64,000 nucleotides of DNA from Octopus sinensis (GCF_006345805.1 NC_043000.1:125798001-125862000); one strand, 5' to 3'; positions 1 through 14,348 are shown, counted from the first letter of the stretch. The notes: generated from the sequence alone by a model not told the origin. Program-made: numbers and translations.

Positions 1-2390
1 CTCCTCTCTTATAATACATATCCATCTCTCTCTCTCTTCTTTATCTCTCTATCTAACCATCTTTCTATCTCTATCTATCTCACACATAATTATTAGAAGT
101 ATCTAGCTCAGCTATATTGATGTAGGCTTCCTTGAAAATTTTCATGGAAAGCTGTTGTAATTGTTTAATGTTATTTTCATGTAGCAGTGGCATTGTTTCT
201 AAAAGTATACCTTGAAATGTGCAATTCACTCTGGCTTTGCATCACAGATTCTTCTTTCTAGCTTTTTCTTTACTTCCATTTTCAACAGCTTTATCTTTTC
301 ATCATTCTTTGTGTTTGTTTCGCATTTTTCCATTTTTCTCTTTATTACATTTCATCTCTTTGTCTTTTGTCTCTTCTTTTAATGCACCAGTCTATTACGT
401 TTGGAGATTTGTTTGTGTCACACTCGTTCTATTATTACATTAGCTGCTCTGATAGCCCCTCCACCTATGTGACTTGTTTTTTTTTTTTTGTTTTTTTGGT
501 TTTTTTGCTTTGTTTTATTTTGTTTGTTTTTTCTGGTTTTTAGTTTTGTTTCCAGCCTGATTCCCTGTGTTTGTTTCTCTGTCTTTATGAAATAAATGAG
601 ATTTCACATTATTTTTGTGTTCATTAAACTGATATAGGAATGCTCAGCGGTGAACTAACTGTGTTTAACACAGAAATACTTTTAATAGAAACAGCCATGG
701 CTGCTGTAACTGTTGTAGGAAACAAGAGCCATTAGTTTGTGTAATTCAACATAATTCAACTAGGTTATGGCTATCCTAGGTCCTCCACCAACATTAGTCA
801 AAGACTTGATTTGAAAGGACAGCACCATTCTCAAATGTGTTGCCTTCCAATTTCAGTGACCCCCACCAGACCTTAGATGCTATGATACATCCTTTGTCAT
901 AAACTACATTATCGAAAACAAAGTGAATTATAACTAGATCCTCTGTTCTTGAAATCTAAACACTGCTATAATTGAATACAGCCTGCTGATCTATATTGTC
1001 ATATCTGTGATATCATTAAGTAGATTACTCTGTTTAACAATTCTAAATTCATTATTCACAATATTGGAATATAGAATTGTTCACTTCCATAAATACAGTC
1101 TGAATATTGAGTGAGGTTTTGTTGGGTTTTTGTTGTTTCTTTTCTAATACCTCTGCACTCTATCTGCTGCATCCCTTTTATATATTAACTTTAATTAATT
1201 ATATTACTGTTATCTCTTTAAATATGTAATAACTGTATTGTGGTTTTGATAAGCTAGTTTTGATAAGCTACACTCATTTACACACATAACTCTGCTTGGA
1301 GCTAAGTACTCTAATAGAGAACAAAGCAATTTGCTCTAAAGGGAACTTCTGATAAACGAACGCAACTGCCTCACGGATGAACCATATCTTCCCCCGTATC
1401 AACATGAAATATCAGATTATGTGGTGTCAAGGTATAATAGCATGTTAATTAGAGATTAACCTAATATAAAATTACTCATCATCGGCATCGGTAATATCAT
1501 CATCATTTTCACATGCAATGCAGAGGAGTATTTCCATGTAACTTAATTCTGCATAATTTTAACGATGAGTGAGGCTCAATATTCTTAAGTTCCTCTTATG
1601 TACTTCCTGCCAATTTTTCTTCGTTTTATCTGTACTTCATGAACCTTCAACCAAAGTAATGCATATCATAGCAAATATTAGTCAAATTTAATTCATTAGG
1701 ATTCTGTTTTACTCTCAAAATCAATAAAATTTTTGTATTAGAAAAAGTAGATATTATTTCTAGTTCGGAAAATATTTGCCAATATTTTTTTTTTCCCCCT
1801 AAATTTTCATTATAAATTATTGATTTTCATATGTATCCTTATCATAAGTTCATTAATTTTAATTATATTATTGTATTTTTTTTTAATGACCTTGTAACCT
1901 GACATTTGTTAATCTCTTGTTTTGTGACTGCATTATTATCACTGTAAAATTCACTACAGCAACACTTAAATCATGTTGCCCTGAAGGTTATTTTCATTGT
2001 TCTCATTTTATACACAAGGAATCTATTAAAGTGGAACATCTATTCATGCTGTGTTAGTTTTAAATCTCTCTTAAAATTCTTACATTGCTCTTTGATATTG
2101 GCTTTGAAAGAGAACAGTTATTTTAACCCTAGTTATGTTTATTTAACTCTTTTGTTGCCTTGTTTTGTTAAAATTAGAAAAACACTGGTTTTGTTTCAAT
2201 TTGTTTTGGAATTAATGAAGTATTTAGTAAAATAAGTTTATTAATGGGGAATTTTGGGTGGAATGTTTTAACATAGATATTTTAAAACAAGAATCTTGTA
2301 TTATAAGGAACAGTCTCAAGAAGGTTGGTGTCAAAAGGGTTAAGTTATGTTCAAAATACCACAAAAGAGAACATGGAATCCCATTATCAA

Positions 2391-2718
2391 CTGAGGAGTG
2401 ACATTGCTCTACAACCACATGGTTCTGGGTTCAGTCCCACTGTGTGACACCTTGGGCTAGTGGATTTAGTAGGAAGAAACTGGAAGAAGCCTGCCATGTG
2501 TGTGTGTGTGTCTTTGTGAATGTGCTTGTTCCTCCCATCACCACTCAACAATTAGTGTTGGTGCGTTTACATCCCTGTAGCTTAACAGTTCAGCAAAAGA
2601 GACCAACAGAATAAGTACCAGGCTTTAAAAAAATAAGTCCTGGGGTAGATTTGTTCAAGGTGATGCTCCAGCATGGCTGCAGTCAAATAACTGAATCGAC
2701 TAAAATAAAAGAATAAAA
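2391..2718 (+). mobile_element. SINE family A copy
   Basis: Same head, body and 3' blocks as 25286-25660, with an internal deletion. Confidence 0.8.
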
Positions 2719-2732
2719 CACAGGGCTGGGGT

Positions 2733-3380
2733 AAGGCAGTGAACTGGCAGAATTATTTGTACACTGGACACAATATTTAGCGGCATTTCATCCGTCTTTA
2801 AGTTCTGAGTTCAAATTCCATTGAGGTTGACTTTGCATTTCATCCTTTCAGGGTCACTAAAATAAGCACCAGTTGAGCACTGTAGTCGATGTAATCAACT
2901 TACCCCCACCTCTGAACTTGCTGGCCTTGTGCAAAAATTTGAAACCAGTGTACAGGGGTGGTGTAAGTAGGAATTTGATACTGTGTCCTTAATATAATCT
3001 GTGGGCACACAACTAATGCAGTAGGCTCTCTGACTAACTAGCAGAGAACCAAAACTAGTAGATACATTAATTGTATAGGAGTTGTACATTGTAAGGGTCA
3101 GCCATGAAATGAAGTTCATGGACTGCTAAGGTGGCTCACTAAACTTAGCCAATAGTTTCTTTTTCTCTAAGGCCGTGAGCTGGTAGAAATATTAGCACGC
3201 TGGGCAAAATGCTTAGCAGTATTTCGTCTGTCTTTACATTCTGAGTTCAAATTCCACCAGGGCCGACTTTGCCTTTCATCCTTTTGGGGTCGATAAATTA
3301 AATGCCAGTTGCTTACTGGGGATGGATCTAATCGACTGGCCCCCTCCCCAAAAATTTAGGCCTTGTGCCAAGAGCAGAAG
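2733..3380 (+). mobile_element. Two SINE family D copies (about 2733-2946 and 3169-3380)
   Basis: Family D blocks as in the 41349-42895 cluster. Confidence 0.85.
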
Positions 3381-3386
3381 AGAATA

Positions 3387-3444
<58 letters not shown>
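3387..3444. repeat. (CT)n microsatellite; others at 1-80, 23745-23782, 32294-32372, 53575-53648 and 59395-59436
   Basis: Direct reading. Confidence 0.95.
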
Positions 3445-3450
<6 letters not shown>

Positions 3451-3479
3451 AGAAAATCTTTCATTGCATAAAGTATATG

Positions 3480-3655
3480 ATAAAAGTATGATGCTACTGG
3501 ATAGTGAGGTATGGGCACTGAATACAAAAGATCTTCAGAAGCTAGAGAATAATCAGGCCTTTCGTAGTCTGTTGAACATGTTAATATTCAAAATGTTCAA
3601 CCCATGCCAGCATGGAAAAACGGATATTAGATGATGATGATGATAATGATGATGG
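3480..3655 (+). mobile_element. Internally deleted RTE-clade LINE fragment with 3' tail
   Basis: MMLLDSEVWALNTKDLQKLENN resembles the RTE RT C-terminal motif ML.GSETWAL...D...LE.N. It is joined to aacccatgccagcatggaaaaacggatattaga(tga)n. Confidence 0.65.
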
Positions 3656-5845
3656 TGGTGATTTAAATTGTATGATAGGTAGCCACATCCAAAAGGTGCT
3701 TGCTGCCAATGTATCTAGTGAGACAGTTGTACAAACATGGATACAAGGCAGAAATAAAGGAAGAGCGTAACAAAAATGTGCTGCCAGGATATTTCTTGGA
3801 GCAAAGAGGAAACATTTTAGCTGCAGCTCAACTCTGATTTAGGAAACCTATCATCAAAGGTGTTCTATCCATGATCTTCCAGCCTTTATATATAAATATG
3901 TATCTTTTTAATGTGTGTACCCTTTTTGAGGATGGCAGGGTGTGCTCTGGGCATATTTGACTGCTAATTTTATCAAGCAGCTATGTAGAAGCTGCCTTAT
4001 TCGCTTGTATATGAAGCAGGTAGATGGGAGGAAGTGGTGAAGTCAAATTTCATAATCCTGAGTCTCAAAGAAATGCCAATAGATTGAGATGAATTGGTTG
4101 ACTGTTCCACCTGATATAATTCATTTTCTTTGATACGATTGTGCAAGTTGTAACAGCTGCAGCTTATAGAATAAGTACCATCACGATCATCGTCATCCTT
4201 ATCCTCATCACCACCACCATCATCATCATCACCATCTAACCCTGACATAGGTTGGATGACTTGACAGGTGCTGGCAAGCTGGAGGGCTGCATCAGGCTTC
4301 AGTTGTTTCTTTTGGCATTGTCTCTATGGCTGGACGCCCTTCCTAATTGCAAATCACTTTACTGAATGTACTGGGTGCATAGGGAAAAAAGAGAAACGAA
4401 CACGCAATCCAGCAAGAAAAGTATTAAAAATAACCGGTAACAGATATGGATGTATAAACACCCTTGGGCAAGCTGCATGGTGCAAGTACACTCGCTCATA
4501 CAAGCATCCGAAAAAATATGAGCATATGCACACGTGAGGTTTGATGCACTCATGATCACAAAGCGAGTTAGTTATCTACTTGGTGTTTATAAGAATGAGG
4601 AGGTTAAAAGTAAACTTAAGTCATCCATACCTTAAAGTAAATTAAGTTAACGGTTACTCAAAATTCATTCTCACTGCATTGTAATAAAAGTACAATAATA
4701 AGTGATTTGTGTGATAAGTTTTATATAGCACACTGAGACACCTAAAAAACACAGATTCTGGTAAGTTTTCTCGCATAGAATGTCAGTATTGTTTGGTGTA
4801 TCAATCAATATTTGTAATAATAGCCTTTTATTGTCATAGTAGCTGTTGTTGTTGTTGTAAATATACCAGGTGTTCTTATGAACATTTTTATTTGTGTATG
4901 GTGCATGTGTGTGTGTGTGTGTATATATATGTGTATGTATATATGTATATGTGTGTATATATGCATTTGTGTGCACATACACACACAGTAACACAGATAA
5001 CTCGCAGACAAAAACTCACACTTCGCTGCAAAAGAAAATCAAATTTGTGTGTGTTATATGTATTATAATCATCATTTTTATGCTGGCATGGCTTGGACAG
5101 TTAGGCTGGTCAGAGGGCTACATCTTGCTCCAGAATCTCGGTTGTGGCATAGTTTCTACTTTTTTATGCCATTTCTATTGCCAACCATTTCACAGAGTGA
5201 ACAGAGGGCTATTTTCTCTGACACTGGCACAAGTGAAGTTGACCTAAAACTGGCAAAACTAAAGATGAATAGGGAAGTTTGTTGAGGAGGAGATTCAGGG
5301 CTATTTTACATTTTATGAGGACAGGTTGGAGTGGTGCCATGAAGAGAGCTAAATATGGTGGTTATGAGGTGCTTGAGCTTACCCTCAAGGTAACATGTCC
5401 AAGAACATGAATGGAAGAAAGCATGGAACTAGAGAATTAGCTGGGATGAGTAAGGTTGCAAGAGTGTGAGGGGAGAGTTAGAAATGGCTGCAAACATGGG
5501 GTAGAGGTGATCAGTTGTACATAGGAGTGAATGGTGAACAAGAGTAAAATGAACAATGTCCATCATCCTTATCATCAGAGAAAGTGGCAACTGACAATAC
5601 AGGGATTGTGACCTGAAAGGGCTCATCATACCAAATTGTGTGTTTTTGTCTTGGCCTGAGAACTGGTGTTGGTTTGTTTACACCTTCATAACTTAGTGGT
5701 GCAGAAGCGCTGGACTTTAAGAATAAGTGCCGAGGTTGATATGTTCAGTGAAACTCTTCAAGGCAGTGCCCCAGGATGACTGCATTCCAATGTCTACAAC
5801 AAATAAAAGACAAAAGTACTTTTATATATATATAGATTGAGAGAA

Positions 5846-5896
<51 letters not shown>

Positions 5897-6184
5897 ATAT
5901 ATATAGTGTGTGTATATGTCATCATAATCATCATTTCTCTACCACTGCAAAAGAGTCATGCTTGCACCAGTCATTTGACATCATTTCTATGGTTCAATGC
6001 CCTTTCTATTGCCAGCCATTTACTAGAGTACTGAGATTTCGCCTTTTTTTAATTTTTTTTTTTTTTTGGAGTTTTTTTTATGCTACACTAACACCAGAGC
6101 TTTTGAATAAGTGGAACTCAGAAGTGTACATATTCTTTGTTCATTTGCCAAACACTTTGCAGTATCTGGTGTATGTGTGAGATT

Positions 6185-6523
6185 TTATTTGTTTGAATAT
6201 ATGTGTGCATATGCATGTTTATATATACATACATATGATTGTATTTATGTTTGTGTATATTTGTATGTTTTGTTTATTTATATATATACACACATTTGTA
6301 CATATATATATGTCTGCACACATGTATGTATATATATATATATCTGCACACATGTATGTATGTGTGTATATATATACACACACATTTGTACATATATATA
6401 TATGTCTGCACAAATGTGTGTATGTATATATATATACACACATTTGTATATAGATATATGTCTGCACATATGTATGTATATATATATATACATTTGTACA
6501 TATATATATGTCTGCTCACTCAC

Positions 6524-6560
<37 letters not shown>
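6185..6560. repeat. Compound (TA/CA/TG) microsatellite containing a higher-order minisatellite
   Basis: Four copies of catttgtacatatatatatgtctgcac sit within dinucleotide tracts. This region explains the Y/I/C/V/H-rich ORFs at 6111-6667. Confidence 0.9.
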
Positions 6561-6563
<3 letters not shown>

Positions 6564-9051
6564 AAGTGAATGCTCTCACATGCAGACATACAAACAAATC
6601 TCCACACAGACAAAGATGCACATACACATGTACATGTACACACAAACGCACAGACACACCATAGCAACAGTAATATTCATGACATTCCAAACATCCAAGA
6701 ACCCCTAAAGGATATAGAACTGTGATTTAGTTACAGTTATATATCCTTTTGTTAATCCAATTTTTTTTTTCTCTATTTTTTTTTTACCCTTGTTCCTCAT
6801 ATTCTCTGTGATTATTCATGTTCAAGGCTTCCTATTATTAGAAGAATCTTTTTGGTTTTGTTTGTCTTTTTCTTTTCTTTTTCTTTTCTTTCTACTTTGT
6901 GGCTTCATTTAAAGGTTTGTAGCAGATCTAACTGATTGAACTGATTCAATACAATGATTGTTGTTAGGAACAATCAAATTATTTCAATAAAGAAAAAAAT
7001 AAATAAAACACTCAGATTTCCAAGAAGATTCTCATTGTTACCAGTTTGTATTTCTTTCTTTTCTTTCCATGTTTTCATTTTTATTGATATATACATATAT
7101 ATATATAATCTTATTTGGTATCCCAGAGACCTTTTATAATCTGTCTCTGCTCATTGTGGCCTCATTTAGCTGATTGTAATCAACAAAGCTCTACTGATCA
7201 AAAAAAAAATTCTTGACTTCTTCTTTTATCACAGACTACAGTCAGTGATCTGGTAACGCTTGCCAGTAATGTCTGACTGTCCTTGGCGGACTGAATTCTT
7301 ACTGTTCTCAGAACCATTGCAGTTGTAATAGTTAGGTTAATGCTAATGTCTGAAGCTGTTTTCAAATATAGGTACCCAGTCGTTAGTTAATAGTATGACT
7401 AACATTAACGTGTGAATTTGTTTTCAAATATAGGTATCTTAAATAACCTTTAAACGGTATGAGTCAAAGCTGAAGTGATTGCAAATTTGCCATACCTTTT
7501 AAATGATTAAGTAAAGCTGAATCATCTTGTTTTTGCTATTTCTCTGTTGCAATTATAGCTACTTTCATAGGTTGCGCATTACATAATCAGTGACACAGAA
7601 TGTGCAAGTGCTGTTAACTTGAAGACATGTTCATTTTAACAGATTAATTTGACCTCTTGCAAAATATACATTTTTCATCCAAATTCTTTTCTATCATAAT
7701 TTATGTATCTATGATATTTAGTTCTCGACCATTACCACCCATTTAAAGTATATTATTCAGTATGTATGTCAAAAATAGTTTTGGAATTTAAATCAGCCGA
7801 AGATTTTCGACATCTTTGTCATATCATATATATATTGACGTGTTTTTTTTTGTTTTTGTTTTTTTTCCTTTTTCATTTAAATATTACTTCTAGTTGGTAG
7901 CCAAAGAATTGGTATTTTCTGAATTGAAAGTATCATTTATGTAAAATATATATGTAATTTTTCAAAATAAACAAAAAGTTTAATTCTAAAACACATTATA
8001 AATTTATGATTGTTATCTTGTCACTTTCACATCTATCATCTCTTGTGTTTTCTCAAGATGTGATTTGGACGTCATGCAGATTCATCAATATTTCTCCAAA
8101 ATGTATTTTACCTGTCAACATAGTCTTCATTTGATAAGTGTTCTCAGTCTGCTAACAGGCAAAAAATATTGGTTAGAGTATAAACTGATACTTCAAACGT
8201 AAAGCCTATTCTATCTTTATCAGTGAAATGAAAATCTTCTAATTTATTTTTCCCTGCATTTTAATCTGGACAACCGATTCCTTTATTTCAACAGCCAATC
8301 TTATACAAACACATTGTTACATGTAGCTTAGTGAAATATCTGAATTAATTAATAGAACCAGATTGAATTGAATAAACCAGTCTTCAGATAGAATAGAATC
8401 CAAAATTTGAGTTCTGAAGAATCTCATGCCTTTGTACTTGTTTCCGACCAAAATGGCATCACTACTTTCCCTTCCTCACTCTCAGACAAAAGGCTAAACA
8501 TCTGATTCTTCATTCCTCATTGAAATTAAACTTATTGACTTCTTGTATATTCTTCAGAACTTAACTTCTACAAACCTTGTGTAGTTCTTCTATTAACACT
8601 GTGACGAGTACCAATTTATGTATACTTAAACATGTTTAAGAGTGTCTAGCCATAATGTTTGAATCACAAGGATGTAACTAATTAGTTTAATGACACACCC
8701 AATGAATTACAAACTCTGCTTCACTGAATATTTTATTAATTCTGGTTCTTCTAAGTCTGCTACTTTACAGTGGTTATTGGTAGTCTGTTTCATTGTATAC
8801 AGAAAGTATTTGCTCCTTGGGTGCCATTAGTGAAAACCATTCTGGTATTTGGGCTGAGCCTCTGATCTTAGGATAACTTCCTCCCTCCCTCCTTCACTCA
8901 CTCACTAAGTCCCTGAAAATCATCATGAGTACTGCCCTTCTTTTGCATTGATAAACATAAAACTAACAAACATGACTTGGCCCATAACTTCAAAAGTAAC
9001 TTATGCATTGTCCAATAAGCCTACACTTTCATAGACTATACACTTTTACAC

Positions 9052-9431
9052 TTTTACTTGTTTGTCATTTGACTGTGGCCATGTTGGAGCACCGCCTTTA
9101 GCCGAGCAAATCAACCCCAGGACTTATTCTTTGTAATTCTATCAGTCTCTTTTGCCGAACCGCTAAGTTACGGGGATGTAAACACACCACTGTCAGTTGT
9201 CAAGCGATGTTGGGGGGGGGGGCAAACACAGACACACAAACATATACACACACATACATACATATATACAACAGACTTCTTTCAGTTTCCGTCTACCAAA
9301 TCCACTCAAAAGGCTTTGGTCGGCCTGAGGCTATAGTAGAAGACACTCACCCAAGGTGCCACGCAGTGGGACAGAACCCAGAACCATGTGGTTCACAAGC
9401 AAGCTACTTACCACACAGTCACTCCTACGCC
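9052..9431 (-). mobile_element. SINE family A copy (antisense); head fragment duplicated at 9432-9459
   Basis: Reverse complement of the family A consensus. agctacttaccacacagtcactccta is repeated in tandem. Confidence 0.88.
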
Positions 9432-9540
9432 TAGCTACTTACCACATAGTCACTCCTACTTCTGTTTTTTTTTTGGGTTTTTTTTCAGTATATTATCTCT
9501 TTCCATATATCTACACTTAGCTGCAACTAGAATATACATC

Positions 9541-9925
9541 AGTTGTGGTTAAGATGTTTGCTTCCTAACTATGTGTGGCACCTTAAGCATGTGTCTTCTA
9601 CTATGGCACTTAGCTGACCAAAGCCATGTGAAAGGATTTGGTAGATGGAAACTGAGAGGAGCCGATTGTGGGCATGTTTTTTCTATCTGTATCTTAACAT
9701 TACACAGTAGTTTTAAACGAGTGACACTGTTAAACAAGCAGTGTCATTCCTTTCCAATCTTCCATGAAAACATGTTTGGCCATGGGAAAATATCTTACTT
9801 TCAAACAGATGAGCTTTAACAACAGAAAGAGCATCTGGGTGTAGAAAATCTGCCTCAACAAATTCCATCCGACACATGCAAGCCTGGCAAAGTGGAAGTT
9901 AAAATGATGATGATGATGATGATGA
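9541..9925 (+). mobile_element. SINE family B: family A-like head, different 3' half, RTE-type (tga)n tail
   Basis: Head is as in family A; the 3' end is catgcaagcctggcaaagtggaagttaaaa(tga)n. Confidence 0.7.
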
Positions 9926-11765
9926 TTGGGTGCCTAATAAACCCGGCTTGCTGACTTCCAGCCTCAATATAAGTCAAATTCCTTATAATCTGACATTCCT
10001 GAAACCCCTCTAATTCCTTCTTTCGATATCAGTGCAGTAATAGTAGCTGACCTAAATCATGCTTGTTGACTCAAACAACACTGATTTGCCATTTAATGGT
10101 TGCAAGTAAAGCTACCCTCAGGGTAGATAACAAAACCAAACTATGTTATTTCTAGAAAAACTGAAAAATGTCCTAAACCTGTACATGCCTGATTTTTATT
10201 TTATTTTATTTATTTATTTTTTTTTTTTTTGTAAGGTTTTCAATTTCGTAGTTTTCTTAATTATCCACAAAACAAATGTTCAGAATCTGAAAAATTTTTT
10301 ACACTTTATTTCCTCAAGTCTTAACCTACACTTAAAAAAGTATTGTTTTCTCACTTGATGTTTTTGTGTTGCCATTGCCCCTCCCACACACCTACCGCCT
10401 TATATGAATTGACTTCTAATCACATGATATCACTTCTGTCCCATTTGCTTTTCTGTTTGTTTAGCTTGCATCTTAATTGATTCTGTGAATAGTTTTATTG
10501 TTTCTGTTGAAAACAAAAATCATGTGAAGTTGTTATGTTGTTCCTGAAAACAAAATGGAAATATCTATTATGTTTACTGTGATGTTTTGGAAGGAGGAAA
10601 AAACATTAATTTGGTAGGAAGAAGCTTGATTGGTCTCACTGGATGTCATAAATGAATTGGCAAGAAAGCTATCAAGTTCTGCAAATCAGATACTGTGATA
10701 AATATCTGAATACGTGATGTGATTTATCATTGAAGAGAGATTCACTAATGATATAGACAGTTCTTTTTAGTTATAACTGACCATTTTTATGATAGGTTTG
10801 TCTGTATAAACTCTGTGTATCCTTTTGGTGAAGGAAATAGGAATTTTGTGGAACATGGTGAGCTGCTGAGTATGAAATAGATTCTTAACAATAAGAGAAC
10901 TTTTTACCTAGTAACATTAATGTAGGCAGTCATGTGTTTTGTAAAACATAGTTGCATCAATTTATCTGAGAAATCTAGGTAAAGTTACTAATGATGGCAA
11001 GCAAGATATTTACCATTAGCTCTTGTGACAAGCTTTATGGAAGAGTTTTCTACTGTCAAGTGCCGACAAAGTTGCTTTGTCCAAAACGTGCGTAATATAA
11101 ATGAAAAGTGAATTTGATTTTATTAGTTATTGTGAATATTTCCATTATTGAGGAAACTGAGATCATGCTGCTATGTAACACAACATTTGCTGCATCAATG
11201 GCTATAGAATTGGAAGAGCCTAGAACGAGTTGAACAATGTAGTGTTTAACACAAGGCTGTCTCTAGGAAGTAGCAAGCGCAGTTGGAAAACGTTTTGTTA
11301 AGCCCCTTAGGATAACTATTGAGATGTGTAGACTGGAAGGCAGAGTAAATTATCAGCTATTAAGTAATTTGAAGCTAAATCTTATTAATATGAAATTATG
11401 TAGAAGTAAATAATGAAATTGTGTACATAATTTAATAACATGCTCATGTGAATATATTATTAATAAATTCATATGATAAGGTAATTATTCACCTCATACA
11501 ATTGGTTATAACTAATTTTCATATTGGTTCAGTACAGCTAAATTGAATATGTTTAGAAGGGATGTAAGAAATTGGTGCATATATTTCCTTGGGCATTGAA
11601 GTGACTTATATCAACACTGACTGTCTGACCAATCAGTAAAAAGAATCAGTTGTTCAAAACTCTTGTGCAAGTCTTAGTAATATTACCTCTTGTTTCCACA
11701 GTCTAGACCAAAGTTTGTTCTAACAGAACATCCACATGTAATACTGCCTCTGTTGCTTATATATA

Positions 11766-11974
11766 TTTTTTTAACAAGCTCACTGGCTAATCGCGACACC
11801 GGTGCCTGTACTGGCACTGTTATTCTATATATCGCTGGTGGAGATGAATCACTGCTATCTCTTGCAGTCGAGTGTCCTTCACTGACAAGACCAAGGAAGG
11901 TTGAAATCATGTGATCTGGTGGTCTGGACGCTGGAGCTGGTAGGGATTTATCTTCCGCCTAACAATATAAAAAA
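11766..11974 (-). repeat. Unclassified dispersed repeat, inverted homologue of 36724-36930
   Basis: The reverse complement aligns by eye at roughly 70% with 36724-36930, including accagatcacatgatttcaac.ttccttgg and tagccagtgagc. Confidence 0.75.
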
Positions 11975-14077
11975 GTGTGTATTTTGCACCAAAAGCCTAT
12001 ATGAGAGTTTCTCTCGTGGTATCTACAGCAGTAAAGTTTCTTCTAAGGGAATATCCATGTTTAAGGAGGGTTAAATATTACTATCAGTATTAATAATGTT
12101 TCTATCACTAATATAAATTTTCTTCTGACACTTCATAGACATGAAGTAATATATATATATATATATATTCAAACTAACTTATCAACAGATATTTATATTG
12201 CATGTTTGCTTTATAGACTTTCTATTGGTTTTTTTTTACATTTCTTTTGTCCAATAATGTACATATGCTTTGTTATTTTAGTTACACAATAATTTTCAAT
12301 TGAATAAAATAATCATGTGACTCAAAATTTACATAATCTTGGAGGAGGGGAAAGTCTAACTAGGAAATCTGAAGACATTTATAAAAAATTTATAAGTGGA
12401 AATGAAAATATATTAGATTTTTAAGATTCATTTCAACTTGTTCAGCTTAAACCACTTGTTCTCTTACTTAAAAAACACATTAATATAACTTTATATTTAA
12501 AACAGCTTAAATAAACAAAGTTTGCATTTCTCTTTTATTTTTTTCAAAATATTTTACTTAGAGCCATGTAATTTATATGGTTGTTAAGTTGTTTTTAAAT
12601 ATTGTTAAAAACTTAGAGAGTAAATTAGTCATGTTTATTAGTTGATAATAATATTAAATTTTTTATAATGTTGTTAAGATAATTATTTGTATCTAAAAGC
12701 TAAAGTTGAAATTTATCAAGATAAAAAACATGCAGCTCAGTTGTAGAATGGTTTGCTTTGCTAATGACTTCAATAATAACAAGCCAACAGAGGAGGTCTC
12801 TATGTAGTTACTTGACCTGCTAGAAGTAGCAGACAAATCTCCCTCAAATTACACCCTGTCGTCTCAAAAAAAAATATTGGAAAATGTGTTTAGGATACAG
12901 TAATCATGGATAAATGACAATGTGGTTACAGTTGCAATGTTTTTGATCTTACATTTTCTTTATCTTAACAAGTTCCTAGGCAACAACAACAACAGCAGCA
13001 GAAATTACATTGCCAAGATATCAAAAAAAGGCAAAAACCAAGTTTTCTTCAATAAATTGAGAAATGTATAAGATTTACAAAAGAATGACTTTACAAATAT
13101 TTGCATCATGGATTTTTGTTTGAGGTGGAGTGCTTTTTCAATGCTAAGTTATTTTTATTTGGTTTGTAAGAGGTTTTATGTGAACTTGTATTGAAACGGA
13201 TTTTTTAGTCAATCAGTCAGTCAGTTAGGTATGTCAATGTGCTTTTATCACGATACGCGACCTCATCAGGGACAGTGCCCTCTCTGGTATGAGAGTATAA
13301 ATCCTTGTGAGATTCTTGAAATGAAAGACTAATGCAGCTGGATTTGTTTTAAAAAATTACTGAGATTACCTCAACCTTACATTTTTATGACCTAATTACA
13401 GATTATAAATTTGAGAATCTGAGAACATTCATAATATTGTTGTATCATTCTTCTTTTTACAAAGACTCATATTTTTAGATATCTGAAAGGAATTATTCTT
13501 AATGTGATTATGATTCTTATAATTAGAAGTGCTAGCATACCTGGGTGGTAAAGAAGCTTACCTTACAACCTTATGGTTTTTGGTTCAGTTCCACTGCTTG
13601 GTACCTTGGGCAAATGTCTTCTACTATGATCCTGAGCCAATCAATTTGGTAGATGAAAACTGTGGAAGCCTGTTGTATATACTTGTGTATATATATATAT
13701 ATATATAATCATTTAACATCTGCCTTCCATGCTGGCATGGGTGGGACATGTATATATGTTTGTTGTTTATACACCTGTCTTCATCTTTTGTTTTTTTTGT
13801 AAATTTCAACTATATATATATACATATACTTACATACAATATCAAACACACACACAAGGTATGTGTTTTGCTAGTTTATGGGTAGGCTGCACTTTTAGGC
13901 ATTGATGAGAATATATTCTCTTACACCTAAAAGCATGGCCTGCCCACAAACTAGCAAAACATACCTTGTGTATGTGTGTTCAATATTGTTTATATCCCTT
14001 GAGCTGCTTCTATTTCATATTTGAATATATATATATATATATATATATAATATGTGTGTGTGTGTGTGTGTGTGTGT

Positions 14078-14348
14078 GTATCATCATCATCATTGTTTAA
14101 CGTCCATTTTCCATGCTGGCATGGGTTTGAAGGTTTGACTGAGTTCTGGAAAGCCAGCAGCTGCACCAGGCTCCAATCTGATCTGGCAGAGTTTCTCCAG
14201 CTGGATGCTCTTCCTAATGCCAACCACTCTGAGAGTGTAGCGGGTGCCTTTTATGTGCCACTGGCACAGGAGCCAGTCAGGCAGGCCTGGCATCAATCGT
14301 GTTTGGATAATGCTTTTTATGTGCCACCAGCATGGGAGCCAGTCAGGT
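14078..14348 (-). mobile_element. Family C short retroposon with RTE-type 3' end and (gat)n tail; other copies at about 4205-4385, 28190-28310, 29400-29580(+), 36405-36606, 50543-50606 and 55389-55680
   Basis: Shared block tcatcatcatcgtttaacgtcc.ctttccatgct.gcatgggttgga..atttgactgag...ctggatgcccttcctaa.gccaacc. Confidence 0.85.

Noticed and set aside
4671-6667. Many 80-150 aa ORFs rich in Y, I, C, V, H and T (also 22388-22696, 50881-51666 and 59605-59944)
   Set aside because: They are translations of TA/CA/TG microsatellites, which lack stop codons; no protein signal.
13240-13285. Minus-strand gtccCTGATGAggtcgcgtatcgtgataaaag as a hammerhead
   Set aside because: No GAAA after a closable stem II and no stem I partner.
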